From an uncultured Methanoregulaceae archaeon (lineage in GTDB: Archaea; Halobacteriota; Methanomicrobia; Methanomicrobiales; Methanospirillaceae): DNA of 64,000 nt. Positions 31,118 to 40,886 of the stretch are shown piece by piece. The notes under the pieces are model-generated. The model was not told the DNA's origin. It worked only from the letters and a program-made list of their open reading frames with translations, and did no database searches. The position numbers and the translations under genes were made by a program. The DNA is taken from positions 320,001 to 384,000 of the forward strand of contig OY969564.1 in assembly GCA_963701095.1 (NCBI GenBank), given 5' to 3'. Every line of letters starts with the position of its first letter. Position 1 is the stretch's first letter.

Positions 31118-32396
31118 TCAGTCGTATTTCTTATAATAGTTCAGTTGTTCATCTGTGGGTTCCAGAGCCCGAATTTCTCCCTTGGAGTTCTTGATTAGCA
31201 GACCCTCTTCATTAAGACGAGAGAATGACTCCCTATACTGATCTATACTCATAGGGATCTTGTTCAGGTTCTGGATTATTAACTCCTCAGGAAGGTACAC
31301 ATCAACATTGTCCATTTTTATAATGAAGAGATACAGCTTTCGATCACGAGGTTCCCGGGTCATCATGGCAGACCGGGGATATTTTGTTGAGTAGAGATCA
31401 TTTGTGAGGGTAATCATATCCTCCAGATGTTCAAAGGCCATTTTTATCTCATCAGTTCCGGCTTCCCGTTTGGCAAATAACCTCGAAATGGACGTCGCTG
31501 CTCGCGGTATACTCGTTCCCAGATCAAATCTGCAGGGTACTTTGTTCGTCTCAAACAGATTTTTTAAAGCGTAAATCTCGTCAATTAACAGTTTTTCGTG
31601 TTCTTGCGGAATATTGGGACGATAGAGTACCGAATCGATCAGATATCCGGTGACAAAAGGTTCGTCAGCTCTCCTGTGCTTCCCGATACCATCCGGTTCC
31701 TTTTGCCTCACAATCAATCGTCAAAGGATTATGCATTACTGTATTTTCAGGGAGATAAATGGCATAACTCACCTCGATGTTTCGCGATAGTCCTTCTGCC
31801 CCCTCCTCTTTTGATATTTTATAATAATAGGGGGAACTTGTTTTCCGAAACTCCATCGGAATGATTTGCATAGTTCTGCTGTATGCAGTCCAACCAGATT
31901 TATCGGAGAACACTGCGGTATTTATTCCGCCCATATTTGACATCAAAGGTGGGGCAGAGAGGCACGATAAGGCGGAGCAGAGTGCTATGCTTTTCAGGTC
32001 ATCAATCTCCCCTTTGTAGGGGGCCATAAAAAACCAGAGGAGTTCGTATGGATCAATAAGTTTCCGGCTGGGTATTATCGTCGTTGGATCGATACATTTC
32101 CAAGAATTGATGATCTTGACGTTATACAGTTTGCCGTTGATTGTATCCGGTTTTTCATTCTCAACAGTAACTTCAACCAAGTCACCGGCAGCTGGTGGAG
32201 AGCCGTACGGTGCGACATAGATCTCCTCTCGGGGCGTCGGAAGAAACGGCGATGGATCGAGGTAGAAAAGCCATGGTTGACCTTCTATGGGCCGGACAAA
32301 ACCCGTATCCTGTCGATCAAAGATAAGTGCTCTTTCAATCTGAGCAAACTGATATCCGTTGTATCGTTCACCTAGGGATGGTTTCTTTTTTACCAT
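31118..32396 (-). CDS. Degenerate MCM-like protein, frameshift near 31670
   Basis: OB-like GDLVEV, SCLSAP..GGINTAVF, lid-like PRAATSISRL, C-terminal winged-helix-like RLNEEGLLIKNSKG; no intact Walker A. Confidence 0.5.
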
Positions 32397-32420
32397 TTAA
32401 CCTACCTCTTTTCTCCTTAC

Positions 32421-35210
32421 CTATCTGTGGGTCTCTATAATCTCCACGATATCTTTTGGGTTCTTCGATACAGCCCATTCCCATTTGCCAAAACCACCCT
32501 GCGAGTTTACTGCTCGAATCCATTCGTCGAGGAACTCCCGTTTCGTTCGGTCTTGTTGGGTATCTTGTCCTTTAACTTCGAGGACAAGATGTTTACCACT
32601 CTTGAGCTTGATGATAAAGTCCGGACGGTATTTATGGATAATACCTTGGTACGTGTAGGTGATCTCGAAGCCGAGGTGATCGTTCTTGACCCAGGCCTCT
32701 ACATTCTCGTTTCGGTCGAGTTCCCAAGATTCGCTGGCTTCCCAACGGCTGTCATACACGCAATGGTTGATATGAGATTTCTTCGTATACTCGCATGGCT
32801 TGCTGGTATACCATGGACGCATATCGGACGTGCTTTTGATCGGATGCTCACGGTCATAGTTGGGCAAGAGTGTCTGAGTATTCTCGAACCGGATAGCCTC
32901 CCAGATGTGCTGGACCACCTTGTTCATGTTGAGGGTAATGATGATCCGACGTCTCATATCCTCCTTGTCATAGAAGTCAGGATCCACCCTGATCTTACGG
33001 GACCGGACGACTTTTTCAACGAGGGGAATGATCTGGGCGATGAGGACATCCTTGTTACCATTCCATGAGGGCTGTACCTGCTCGTAGACCTCTTTGGCGG
33101 TATCGAAGATGATCTTCTGCATCCGGAACTTCTCGGAGAGTTTCTGAAGGTCTATAGTTGTGATCTTGGTGATGTCCGGCTTGCCGTCAAGTAACGGCGC
33201 GAGTTCGGCAAGGGTTGCTGTATCCTGAGCGCGAAGAACCAAGGGCTTCACTCTCTCAATATCGATGGACAATACAGGTCTGTACATGTGGTAGATACTG
33301 AGGATATTGGGCCAGTGGATCTCAAACTTCTGTTTTTCTGGGGCAGGATTGATCTGCATCTTGGGTGCTGGGGGTGGCGGAGGTCCGTCCTGTGATGTTT
33401 CATGGGGCAGGAATGTGAACGGCACTCCAAAAATGTTGACGTATTCCGGATCAAAGAATCCCTTATCGTTCAGTTCGTAGGAGGTTCTGCGGAGCCCCCG
33501 GCCCACTACCTGTTCACATAACAGCTGGCTTGTAAATGCACGTAGCCCGAGGATGTGAGTGACGGTCTTGGCATCCCACCCCTCGGAAAGCATTCCGACC
33601 GAGATGATGTTCTGGTATTGTTCGCCAGGTTTACCGAGCTGCCCGACGGTATCGACAATCATACGGAGTTGTTCGGCATTCTGTTGTTTGGTTAGCTTCG
33701 GACTAATTTCCTCGGGTGTATCGTCCTGTTCTGCCGGGACTTCCCCTAGTTCGATAATGTCATCTTGTTCTTCCGCTTCACCAAGGAGCTTTGAATCAAT
33801 GCGGAGTGTCCGGTCCGGGTTACAGAGTTCAGGGATACGAACCTTGTTCTTATCGAAGGAATACTTGATCCGCGCTGAGGTCTCGACACGGTTTGCAACC
33901 GTGATCATGACGGGAGGGGTCTTGTAGCCTTCCTCTTCCCAGCGTTTCTTGGCTTCGAGCCAGTCGAGTCCCAGAAGGTAGTACGCGTGGATGATCAGGT
34001 CCGGAAGCGGCTCATTCTCAGCAGCCCTGCGGTTGAGATCTTCCCTGACTTCGGCATCGTTGTAGATGTGGTATAACCGCGATTTGAAGTTTGCAGCCAC
34101 ATTACTATCATCACGGACAACAACACGGGGAGTCTTGACCAAGCCTGACTCTATGGCATCGTTGAGTCCGAAGTCGCTGACAATCCAACCGAAGAGATCC
34201 TCGTTCTTGCTTTTCAGGCCCATTGGGATGAACGGTGTCGCCGAGAAGTCGTAACAAGTCTGGATGGTCCGGGCTTTGTGGATCCGGTCGAGTGCACCGA
34301 TCCAGACGGTTGCCTCCTCGATATCCTTCTTCTTTTTACCGATCTCCACGTCTTGTGCAGGTACGCGCCAGGCATGGTGAGCTTCGTCATTTATGACAAG
34401 GATGTTGTTCGTTGTACTAAGCTCTCCCATCACGCTGCGGACATACGCCTCGTCGCTCAGGGCACCACGTTTGTCCACGCTATGCCGCTTTTGGATCTGC
34501 TCTTCGGAGTCCCACTGGAGTGCATGTCTGTTGCGGACGAGAACCTTGCCCTGCCGGAGTTTGTCATCAAGGCCCTGCGGAATGATGCTGAACTCTTCGT
34601 AATAGTTGCCGTTGTACGATGGTATCAGAACCTGCAACCGGCTCCTGATGGTCAACCCAGGTGCAATAACAAATACGTTCTTTGAGAACCGAGCGTCCTG
34701 CGGGTAGGTTACTTTGTTGAGGATCTGCCACGCGATAAGCATGGACATGACGATAGTCTTGCCGGATCCCGTCGCCATCTTGCAGCAGATACGCGGGAAC
34801 AGACTGCCATCGTTGGGAATATCGATGCCTACTCTCTGTGATTCTGGAGCTTCGATGAGCCAGATGAGGGTTTCAATGGCTTCGAGCTGGCAGAAGAAGA
34901 ACCGTCGGTTTTCCCGCTCCTCGGGATTGTACCAATATTCGAGGAGCCGCCGGGTTATACCTGTTACACCTGGGTATCCTGCCTCCCGCCATTCTTTGAC
35001 ACGTTTCCGGATAGTATTTACCAATGGGATCTCGATGAAGTGTCCTGCATCGTCAAAGGACTTGGAGTGCTCTGATGCAACCAGATATCCCGCTCTCCGT
35101 CGCCCGACCTTTTTCTCGAACCGCTTGGTCTTGAAGTTGTAATCCCAGTATAGTTTTGGTTCGTCAAACGGGTTGTTGAGGATGAGCTGGTCGATTTCAC
35201 CGGTTGCCAT
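32421..35210 (-). CDS. res: Type III restriction enzyme Res subunit
   Basis: KMATGSGKT, INDEAHH, LSEGWD, QVVGRGLR, C-terminal YRPDF...LEVKG nuclease. Confidence 0.93.
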   Translation of the reverse strand: MATGEIDQLILNNPFDEPKLYWDYNFKTKRFEKKVGRRRAGYLVASEHSKSFDDAGHFIEIPLVNTIRKRVKEWREAGYPGVTGITRRLLEYWYNPEERENRRFFFCQLEAIETLIWLIEAPESQRVGIDIPNDGSLFPRICCKMATGSGKTIVMSMLIAWQILNKVTYPQDARFSKNVFVIAPGLTIRSRLQVLIPSYNGNYYEEFSIIPQGLDDKLRQGKVLVRNRHALQWDSEEQIQKRHSVDKRGALSDEAYVRSVMGELSTTNNILVINDEAHHAWRVPAQDVEIGKKKKDIEEATVWIGALDRIHKARTIQTCYDFSATPFIPMGLKSKNEDLFGWIVSDFGLNDAIESGLVKTPRVVVRDDSNVAANFKSRLYHIYNDAEVREDLNRRAAENEPLPDLIIHAYYLLGLDWLEAKKRWEEEGYKTPPVMITVANRVETSARIKYSFDKNKVRIPELCNPDRTLRIDSKLLGEAEEQDDIIELGEVPAEQDDTPEEISPKLTKQQNAEQLRMIVDTVGQLGKPGEQYQNIISVGMLSEGWDAKTVTHILGLRAFTSQLLCEQVVGRGLRRTSYELNDKGFFDPEYVNIFGVPFTFLPHETSQDGPPPPPAPKMQINPAPEKQKFEIHWPNILSIYHMYRPVLSIDIERVKPLVLRAQDTATLAELAPLLDGKPDITKITTIDLQKLSEKFRMQKIIFDTAKEVYEQVQPSWNGNKDVLIAQIIPLVEKVVRSRKIRVDPDFYDKEDMRRRIIITLNMNKVVQHIWEAIRFENTQTLLPNYDREHPIKSTSDMRPWYTSKPCEYTKKSHINHCVYDSRWEASESWELDRNENVEAWVKNDHLGFEITYTYQGIIHKYRPDFIIKLKSGKHLVLEVKGQDTQQDRTKREFLDEWIRAVNSQGGFGKWEWAVSKNPKDIVEIIETHR

Positions 35211-37831
35211 CAGTCAACCTCGATGATCTTGATACTCTCTATGCCTCGGTCATCGACAATCTTTACTGCGATGGTATTGTAGGTCCCGAGTTTGAAAGGC
35301 AAGGATGTTGTCCCATGGTATGCTTCCATGAGCTCTTCATCAATCTCGGCCTTGAGGTTATTTGCCAGTCGTGACCAGCCGCCCTTCTCGTCTGCCATCG
35401 GGAAGAAAACCTGCTTGGGATAGAGGCTGCGGCCATCGTAATCGGTGTCCAACATCCAGACAGCAATATTGTGGGCTCCACCCGATACCACCGAGCCATT
35501 CTTAGTATCGTAGTAATCAAACCCGAGCACCTGCACCTTGTATTTGCCCTTGTCATCCCCATCCTTGATCTTATCTAATTGCACATCCGGCTGTCCGATC
35601 AACCAGAAGCTCTCGTTGCTGATCCGTTTCTTCTTCAGGTCATCAGTAAGGAGGTCGGCGTTCATCTGGACCTTGAGGAGCGTGACATCTTTCCAGTTGG
35701 TCTCATCGACATTCTTGGCAGCTTCAGGATCAAACTGGAATGCCACGAATAACACGATGTTGGGTTTGGGCACACGTCGCTCTGCTTCCTTAATCGCCAG
35801 CTCAACCTGTTTCGGCTCCAACGGTGCGTGTTCCGGCCCGAATGAAATTACGACGGTCTGCGGATTTGTTTCTTTTGTTGCTGCCTCGGCATGGAGCCAT
35901 CGTGCGCCGGATATCGGTTCAACACGGGAGAACTCGATCTTTTGCCCACCTTTGCCTCGGATACCTGTGCGGAGTAGTTCGTCCCTCCAATCGCTCTGAC
36001 GCAGAGTTTCTCCACTGCGAGCAATTGAATCATCTGCGGGGGTTTTCACATCGGGTTCAAAGAGGGGTTTGACAGTGGGGGATGGAACTGCTTCAACGGT
36101 GAATGGGCCAGTTACCCTAATTCTAGACTTATCGAGTATAGGCTGATCAAACAAAGTTTCAGAGGATGGAGGTTCGAGATTTGCAATAGAGCGTAGTGTA
36201 ACGTGCGGAACGGTCTTGTATCGGAATCCACTTCCAACACCCTCCTGATGGCTCTGGAGTTCATAATATTCAAAGATCGAAGTCATGAGTCGTTGTCTTG
36301 TGAGGGTAATTGCAACCCGGGATGTATCACAGGAAATCCAGCGACGGCCCCACTGTTCAGATACAACTGACGTTGTGCCAGAACCACAGGTTGGATCAAG
36401 AATGAGGTCTCCTGGATCGGTCGTCATTAAAAGACAACGCGCAATTACCTTTGTTGATGTTTGAACAACATACTGTTTATCGACGGCAAATGTACTCTGA
36501 ATTGTGTCGTCCCAGAAATTATTGATCGTAGAAACCGGGAAATCATCTGCATATCGTTTAAACGCCAAAGTATTGCCTATACCAATCAATCGGGTCATCT
36601 TGGCAAGATTTTGCATCCCTGAAAGATTGGTTTTCCATGAGTTATTTTTTGAAGGTAAATACTGTTTATTATTGAATGTAAACGGAAATGTGGTCGTTTC
36701 TGATTTACCTTGAGATGTCAAATTGTCCGATCTGAATAATTTACCTTTGACAAGCTCATTTTCATTATCTTTAACAGTGTGACGCTTTACTGTTCCATCA
36801 GGAAGTTCAATCCAACTAAAGGATGCAAGTTCTTTCCGCGTATACTCTTTAAATATTTGATGATATTTGAGATTGTTCTTGGATTTTGCATACCACAATA
36901 GAATATCATAAACCCCTGCAAGCAATTTAGTTGGACTACCACTTGTTTTTAGGAACGGGATTTGTGCAACAAAATTTTCTTTTCCAAATACCTCGTCCAG
37001 AATCTCCCGAACGTGATGTAAATTTTCATCTGAGATCTGAACGAAAACGCTACCACTATCAGTGAGTAATTCACGGGAGAGCAGTAGCCTGTCCCGCAGG
37101 TATGTCAGATAGGAATGGATACCGAGTTCCCAAGTGTCTCTGAATGCCTTAACCATCTCCGGTTCCTGTGTCAGGTCCTCGTCCTTTCCATCAACGACGT
37201 TCCGTTTATTAACAAAAGGCTGGAAATTTGACCCATACTTGATCCCATACGGCGGATCGATATATATCATCTGAACTTTGCCAGCCATACCCTCCTTCGC
37301 CAGCAGGGAGTTCATCACCAACAGGGAATCCCCGGCAATCAGTCGGTTTGACCAACCGTGTTTGTGCTTGTAGAATTCGATGGCTTCACGGATGGGGGGG
37401 TTTTCCCCGGCATATTCAAAAAGGGAGACCTGGCGTTCACCAGCGCCATTGCGTTTCTTTACGGCATTGATGAGGGTATAGGGGTCGATACGTTCGTGGA
37501 CATGCAGAGAAACGGTGGGAACGTCAAACGAGGTGTGCTCCACCTTGCCGGCCCATTGCAGTTGGGGATCAAGGTGGGGATCGTACTGGTAGGTCTTCTT
37601 CTCACCTTCAGGATCAGTCTCTGCACGTACAAGGCCGATGGGGGGATTGTTGCAGCGTGTCTTATCCTTATGGTCGTATTGCTCGATCTGCTTCTTGGAC
37701 TCGGCCTTGACCGAGCTGGCCTTCGTGATTTTGGTCTTTGTCTCGTCTGGTGACCGCGTATCTGCGGTTATCTCGTATTCTGCGGTGGTTTCTGATACTC
37801 CAGTAGTCTTCGGTTTGCGTCCCCGTGGCAT
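35210..37831 (-). CDS. mod: Type III R-M Mod DNA methyltransferase
   Basis: IYIDPPY, DPTCGSGTT; stop overlaps the res start. Confidence 0.93.
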   Translation of the reverse strand: MPRGRKPKTTGVSETTAEYEITADTRSPDETKTKITKASSVKAESKKQIEQYDHKDKTRCNNPPIGLVRAETDPEGEKKTYQYDPHLDPQLQWAGKVEHTSFDVPTVSLHVHERIDPYTLINAVKKRNGAGERQVSLFEYAGENPPIREAIEFYKHKHGWSNRLIAGDSLLVMNSLLAKEGMAGKVQMIYIDPPYGIKYGSNFQPFVNKRNVVDGKDEDLTQEPEMVKAFRDTWELGIHSYLTYLRDRLLLSRELLTDSGSVFVQISDENLHHVREILDEVFGKENFVAQIPFLKTSGSPTKLLAGVYDILLWYAKSKNNLKYHQIFKEYTRKELASFSWIELPDGTVKRHTVKDNENELVKGKLFRSDNLTSQGKSETTTFPFTFNNKQYLPSKNNSWKTNLSGMQNLAKMTRLIGIGNTLAFKRYADDFPVSTINNFWDDTIQSTFAVDKQYVVQTSTKVIARCLLMTTDPGDLILDPTCGSGTTSVVSEQWGRRWISCDTSRVAITLTRQRLMTSIFEYYELQSHQEGVGSGFRYKTVPHVTLRSIANLEPPSSETLFDQPILDKSRIRVTGPFTVEAVPSPTVKPLFEPDVKTPADDSIARSGETLRQSDWRDELLRTGIRGKGGQKIEFSRVEPISGARWLHAEAATKETNPQTVVISFGPEHAPLEPKQVELAIKEAERRVPKPNIVLFVAFQFDPEAAKNVDETNWKDVTLLKVQMNADLLTDDLKKKRISNESFWLIGQPDVQLDKIKDGDDKGKYKVQVLGFDYYDTKNGSVVSGGAHNIAVWMLDTDYDGRSLYPKQVFFPMADEKGGWSRLANNLKAEIDEELMEAYHGTTSLPFKLGTYNTIAVKIVDDRGIESIKIIEVD

Positions 37832-38016
37832 TGGATCCCTCTCTCGTTGAAGAGAGATGGAATCGCATCAGCGTTAATGTTTGTGAAATATATTGATATT
37901 GAGAATTATTGGATTTCGACAATAAGTTCATTGTTTGAAATAGGGATTTACTGAACACTAAATTTTGTTGAGCTTAATATATCTAATAAGAAAATCCCTA
38001 AATGAGTTCGGATCAG

Positions 38017-38230
38017 CAACTTTCCCGACTTTTTTTGTCCGATTGTAAAACAGAGAGAATTTTTACGTAAATTTAATAGAGCAAAAGGACACTAGTCACG
38101 TAATCTGATTACCTATTGTTACAATCTGGTGTAAAAAATTGGAAAAATCGCTTAATACGGGCTCCTATTGACAACTTTCCCGAGCTTTTTTTGCCCGATT
38201 TCAAAATGAGGGAAATATTCACGTGAACCT
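38017..38230 (+). repeat. Imperfect ~57-bp direct repeat pair
   Basis: CAACTTTCCCGA.CTTTTTTTG.CCGATT..AAAA at 38017 and 38172. Confidence 0.75.
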
Positions 38231-38276
38231 TATCTAATAACTCATATCATTCGGTAAATGCCTATTACGAAATTGC

Positions 38277-39186
38277 ATGATTGTGAGCACAGGTTCACGT
38301 CGTCGGATACATCGACCAGTCAGTAACCACAACCACCGCACTCGACACCGCAGCCCGGTTCTACGACAATGCCCTCGTAGACCCGCTTCGCCAGACCCTC
38401 ATCGGTCGGAAAGTTATCGCAGACAACCCCTCCGTAAAGGGAGACGGTATCTTCAACGTGGATGTCAACTACATCCGCGAAATGAGCTCCGGCACTATCG
38501 CCTACTCCCTGCCCTCTGGCAGAGAAGGACGCGACATGATCCGGGTCGACGGCACGAATGTCAACCTGCCGATCCTCTTCAAAGAGTTTGAAGTTCCCCG
38601 CATGGACTTTGAGGCATGGTCAACCAAGAACGTTCCGCTCGACGCAGCCGCCGCGATCTCCGCCGCGCAGATGGTCGGCGTTCAGGAAGATCAGCTCATC
38701 CTCAAGGGATGGAACCCGAACAACGACGGCACCACCTTCACGATCCCCGGTATGCTCAACGTAGCCAGCGCACAGGCCATCACGACCTCGCTCTCGTTCG
38801 CAACCGCAGGGAACGCAACCAAGGCAATCGCCGCCGCGTTCGCAGCCTTTGAACAGGCAAATGCACTGTCACAGGCATACAACCTGATCATCAACCCGAC
38901 ATCATGGGCGAACCTGCTCTCTGCACGGTTCCCGACCTCGAACCAGCGTGAAATGCCCGAAATCATGGAGCTCATCAACTTCGGCAACGCAGACGGCCCC
39001 GGTCGCATCTACGTTACCCCTGTGTTCTCCGCAGGTCAGGGCGTCCTCGCACCGGTCGATCCCGGTCGCGTGAACATGGAAATCTACGTTCCGCGTGAGA
39101 TCAGCGTCGATCTCGGCTACGACTCACGGATGCCGAACACGTCGAACATCTACGGTATGGTCTGGGGACAAAATTTACTGACCTAA
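38277..39186 (+). CDS. HK97-fold major capsid / family-1 encapsulin-like protein (5' end frameshifted or truncated)
   Basis: LRQTLIGRKVI, LPILFKEFEV, PLDAAAAISAAQMVGVQEDQLILKG, IPGMLN; frame open from 38287. Confidence 0.75.
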
Positions 39187-39285
39187 ATCCGCGATATAAT
39201 CCATTGTCCAACCTCGCACACCCGCTCGCCATACAGCATATATAAGACCACATCTCTACGTTGAAACACAACCAGAGGAAACACC

Positions 39286-40449
39286 ATGATATCGAGCGAT
39301 TTTATGAATGATTCAGAAATCAGGAAAGGCCTTCAACGACGAATAAGGGAAGCACGAGGCCGTGCAAAAAAAGGATCTGACTTTGATCTCACCGTTGAGT
39401 ACCTTCAGGCCTTGTTCGTTAAACAGGACGGCCTTTGCTACTACACGAAGAAACCAATGACTTGGGCCTCAAACGTATACAATACCGTTGCAATTAGCAG
39501 GTTGGATCCGGATGGGCCATTTACACAAGCAAATGTTGTCTTGAGCTGCTTAATTGTTACAAATATGAAAAATTCGTATAGTGATGAGACTACCTTTGAA
39601 TACTGCCAATCTGTTGTTAATAATCCCCTTCCTCTGAATGAGCACCGCCTTATGAAACGTTATGATGAAGAGTCTCATCTTTTACTGCGTCCATCAAGTC
39701 ATGGCACCGGTCTAACCGATATAAAAAATCAGCAAAGCCTGAAAGGAACTCGTCTATCATTAAAAATCATATCAACATCCCCTCGTAAGGACAGAAAGAA
39801 AAGCAATGAAGAGCTTGCACCATATTACTTGAAAGAATGCAGTGATTGTGAGAAAATTTTACCGTTGGATTGCTTTGGATCTGATCGCACCAGACCAGAT
39901 GGTCGGGATTATAAATGCCGAGAATGCGAACGGCAACGAAGCTTGGGAAGAGTAAACCTCGAAGAGCTTATAAAGGGAAAAGCATGGAATGCCAAAATTC
40001 GGTCGTCGAAAAAAGGGATCGCATGTGGCATTTCAGTTGACCTCCTGATGTCGATATTGGAACAGCAAAAGGGACTATGCTATTACACAAAAAAACGTCT
40101 AACAGGTGTGCCTGGAAATCTCGATAACGTTTCAATCGATCGCGTCGACTCTACGAAACCTTATGTCCGAGAAAATGTAGTCCTGTGCTGTGAAGCCATC
40201 AATATAATGAAAAACGAGATGAGCTATGAAAATTTCTTAGACTACTGCAATGCAATTGTCGCCCATCCGCTGTCTCTCAATGATCCACGTCTTCAAAAAC
40301 GTCCCAACGAAAGTCAAGGCTCGAAACGACGGAAGGCAGCGGAGGATAAGAAACCCGACCTTCATGATTTTATATTCGAAAAACACGGAATCGGTGGGTT
40401 TAGTGTTAGGAAAAGACTTCCTGAACAGAACCCCCAGATTGTTCTCTAA
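39286..40449 (+). CDS. Tandem His-Me (HNH-like) endonuclease with central Zn finger
   Basis: Two CYYTKK...SIDRVD...NVVLCC...N.MKN-type repeats; CSDC...CREC. Confidence 0.78.
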   Translation: MISSDFMNDSEIRKGLQRRIREARGRAKKGSDFDLTVEYLQALFVKQDGLCYYTKKPMTWASNVYNTVAISRLDPDGPFTQANVVLSCLIVTNMKNSYSDETTFEYCQSVVNNPLPLNEHRLMKRYDEESHLLLRPSSHGTGLTDIKNQQSLKGTRLSLKIISTSPRKDRKKSNEELAPYYLKECSDCEKILPLDCFGSDRTRPDGRDYKCRECERQRSLGRVNLEELIKGKAWNAKIRSSKKGIACGISVDLLMSILEQQKGLCYYTKKRLTGVPGNLDNVSIDRVDSTKPYVRENVVLCCEAINIMKNEMSYENFLDYCNAIVAHPLSLNDPRLQKRPNESQGSKRRKAAEDKKPDLHDFIFEKHGIGGFSVRKRLPEQNPQIVL

Positions 40450-40540
40450 TGGGATTAGGGATACTAGATATAATGAACAAAAAAATTTTGTTAAGGCTTT
40501 TTATTTAAACATACCATTGCGAATCGTTTCGAGACTGATA

Positions 40541-40711
40541 TTATGACGATACCTCCATTGATTCCGTGATGGTGATGTAACCAAGTTCAGCTGCTATACG
40601 TCCCCAACCAGCCAATCCATAGAACTTCTCAAAGTTTTGAATGGCGTTCCGGGAAATTTTTACTGGATACTTAAGAGTACAAGTTTTTTCTGTCTGTACG
40701 ATGCATGACAT
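40541..40711 (-). CDS. 56-aa hypothetical protein (not in ORF track)
   Basis: GGTGA RBS; MSCIVQTEKTCTLKYPVKISRNAIQNFEKFYGLAGWGRIAAELGYIT... Confidence 0.45.
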   Translation of the reverse strand: MSCIVQTEKTCTLKYPVKISRNAIQNFEKFYGLAGWGRIAAELGYITITESMEVSS

Positions 40712-40886
40712 TATGTCACCAGGTCTGTCTGTGTGTCACCCGGCGGGAGCGGGAACTGTCGCCGGGTTTACGGATTCTACAACAATACAAAATAAATAAA
40801 AAAAAAGGATGGTCTGACTCGTTATCACCTCGGAACGAGACAGGGAGAGTTGATCATCTATTTATGAGTAATTGAAGTTTGCATAA

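Noticed and set aside
27122..38291. TGTGAGCACA at both 27122 and 38282
   Set aside because: A 10-bp match is expected by chance many times in 64 kb.
39187..40540. Group I intron with a homing endonuclease interrupting the capsid gene
   Set aside because: No resumption of GC-rich capsid coding sequence after the nuclease, and no recognisable intron core.
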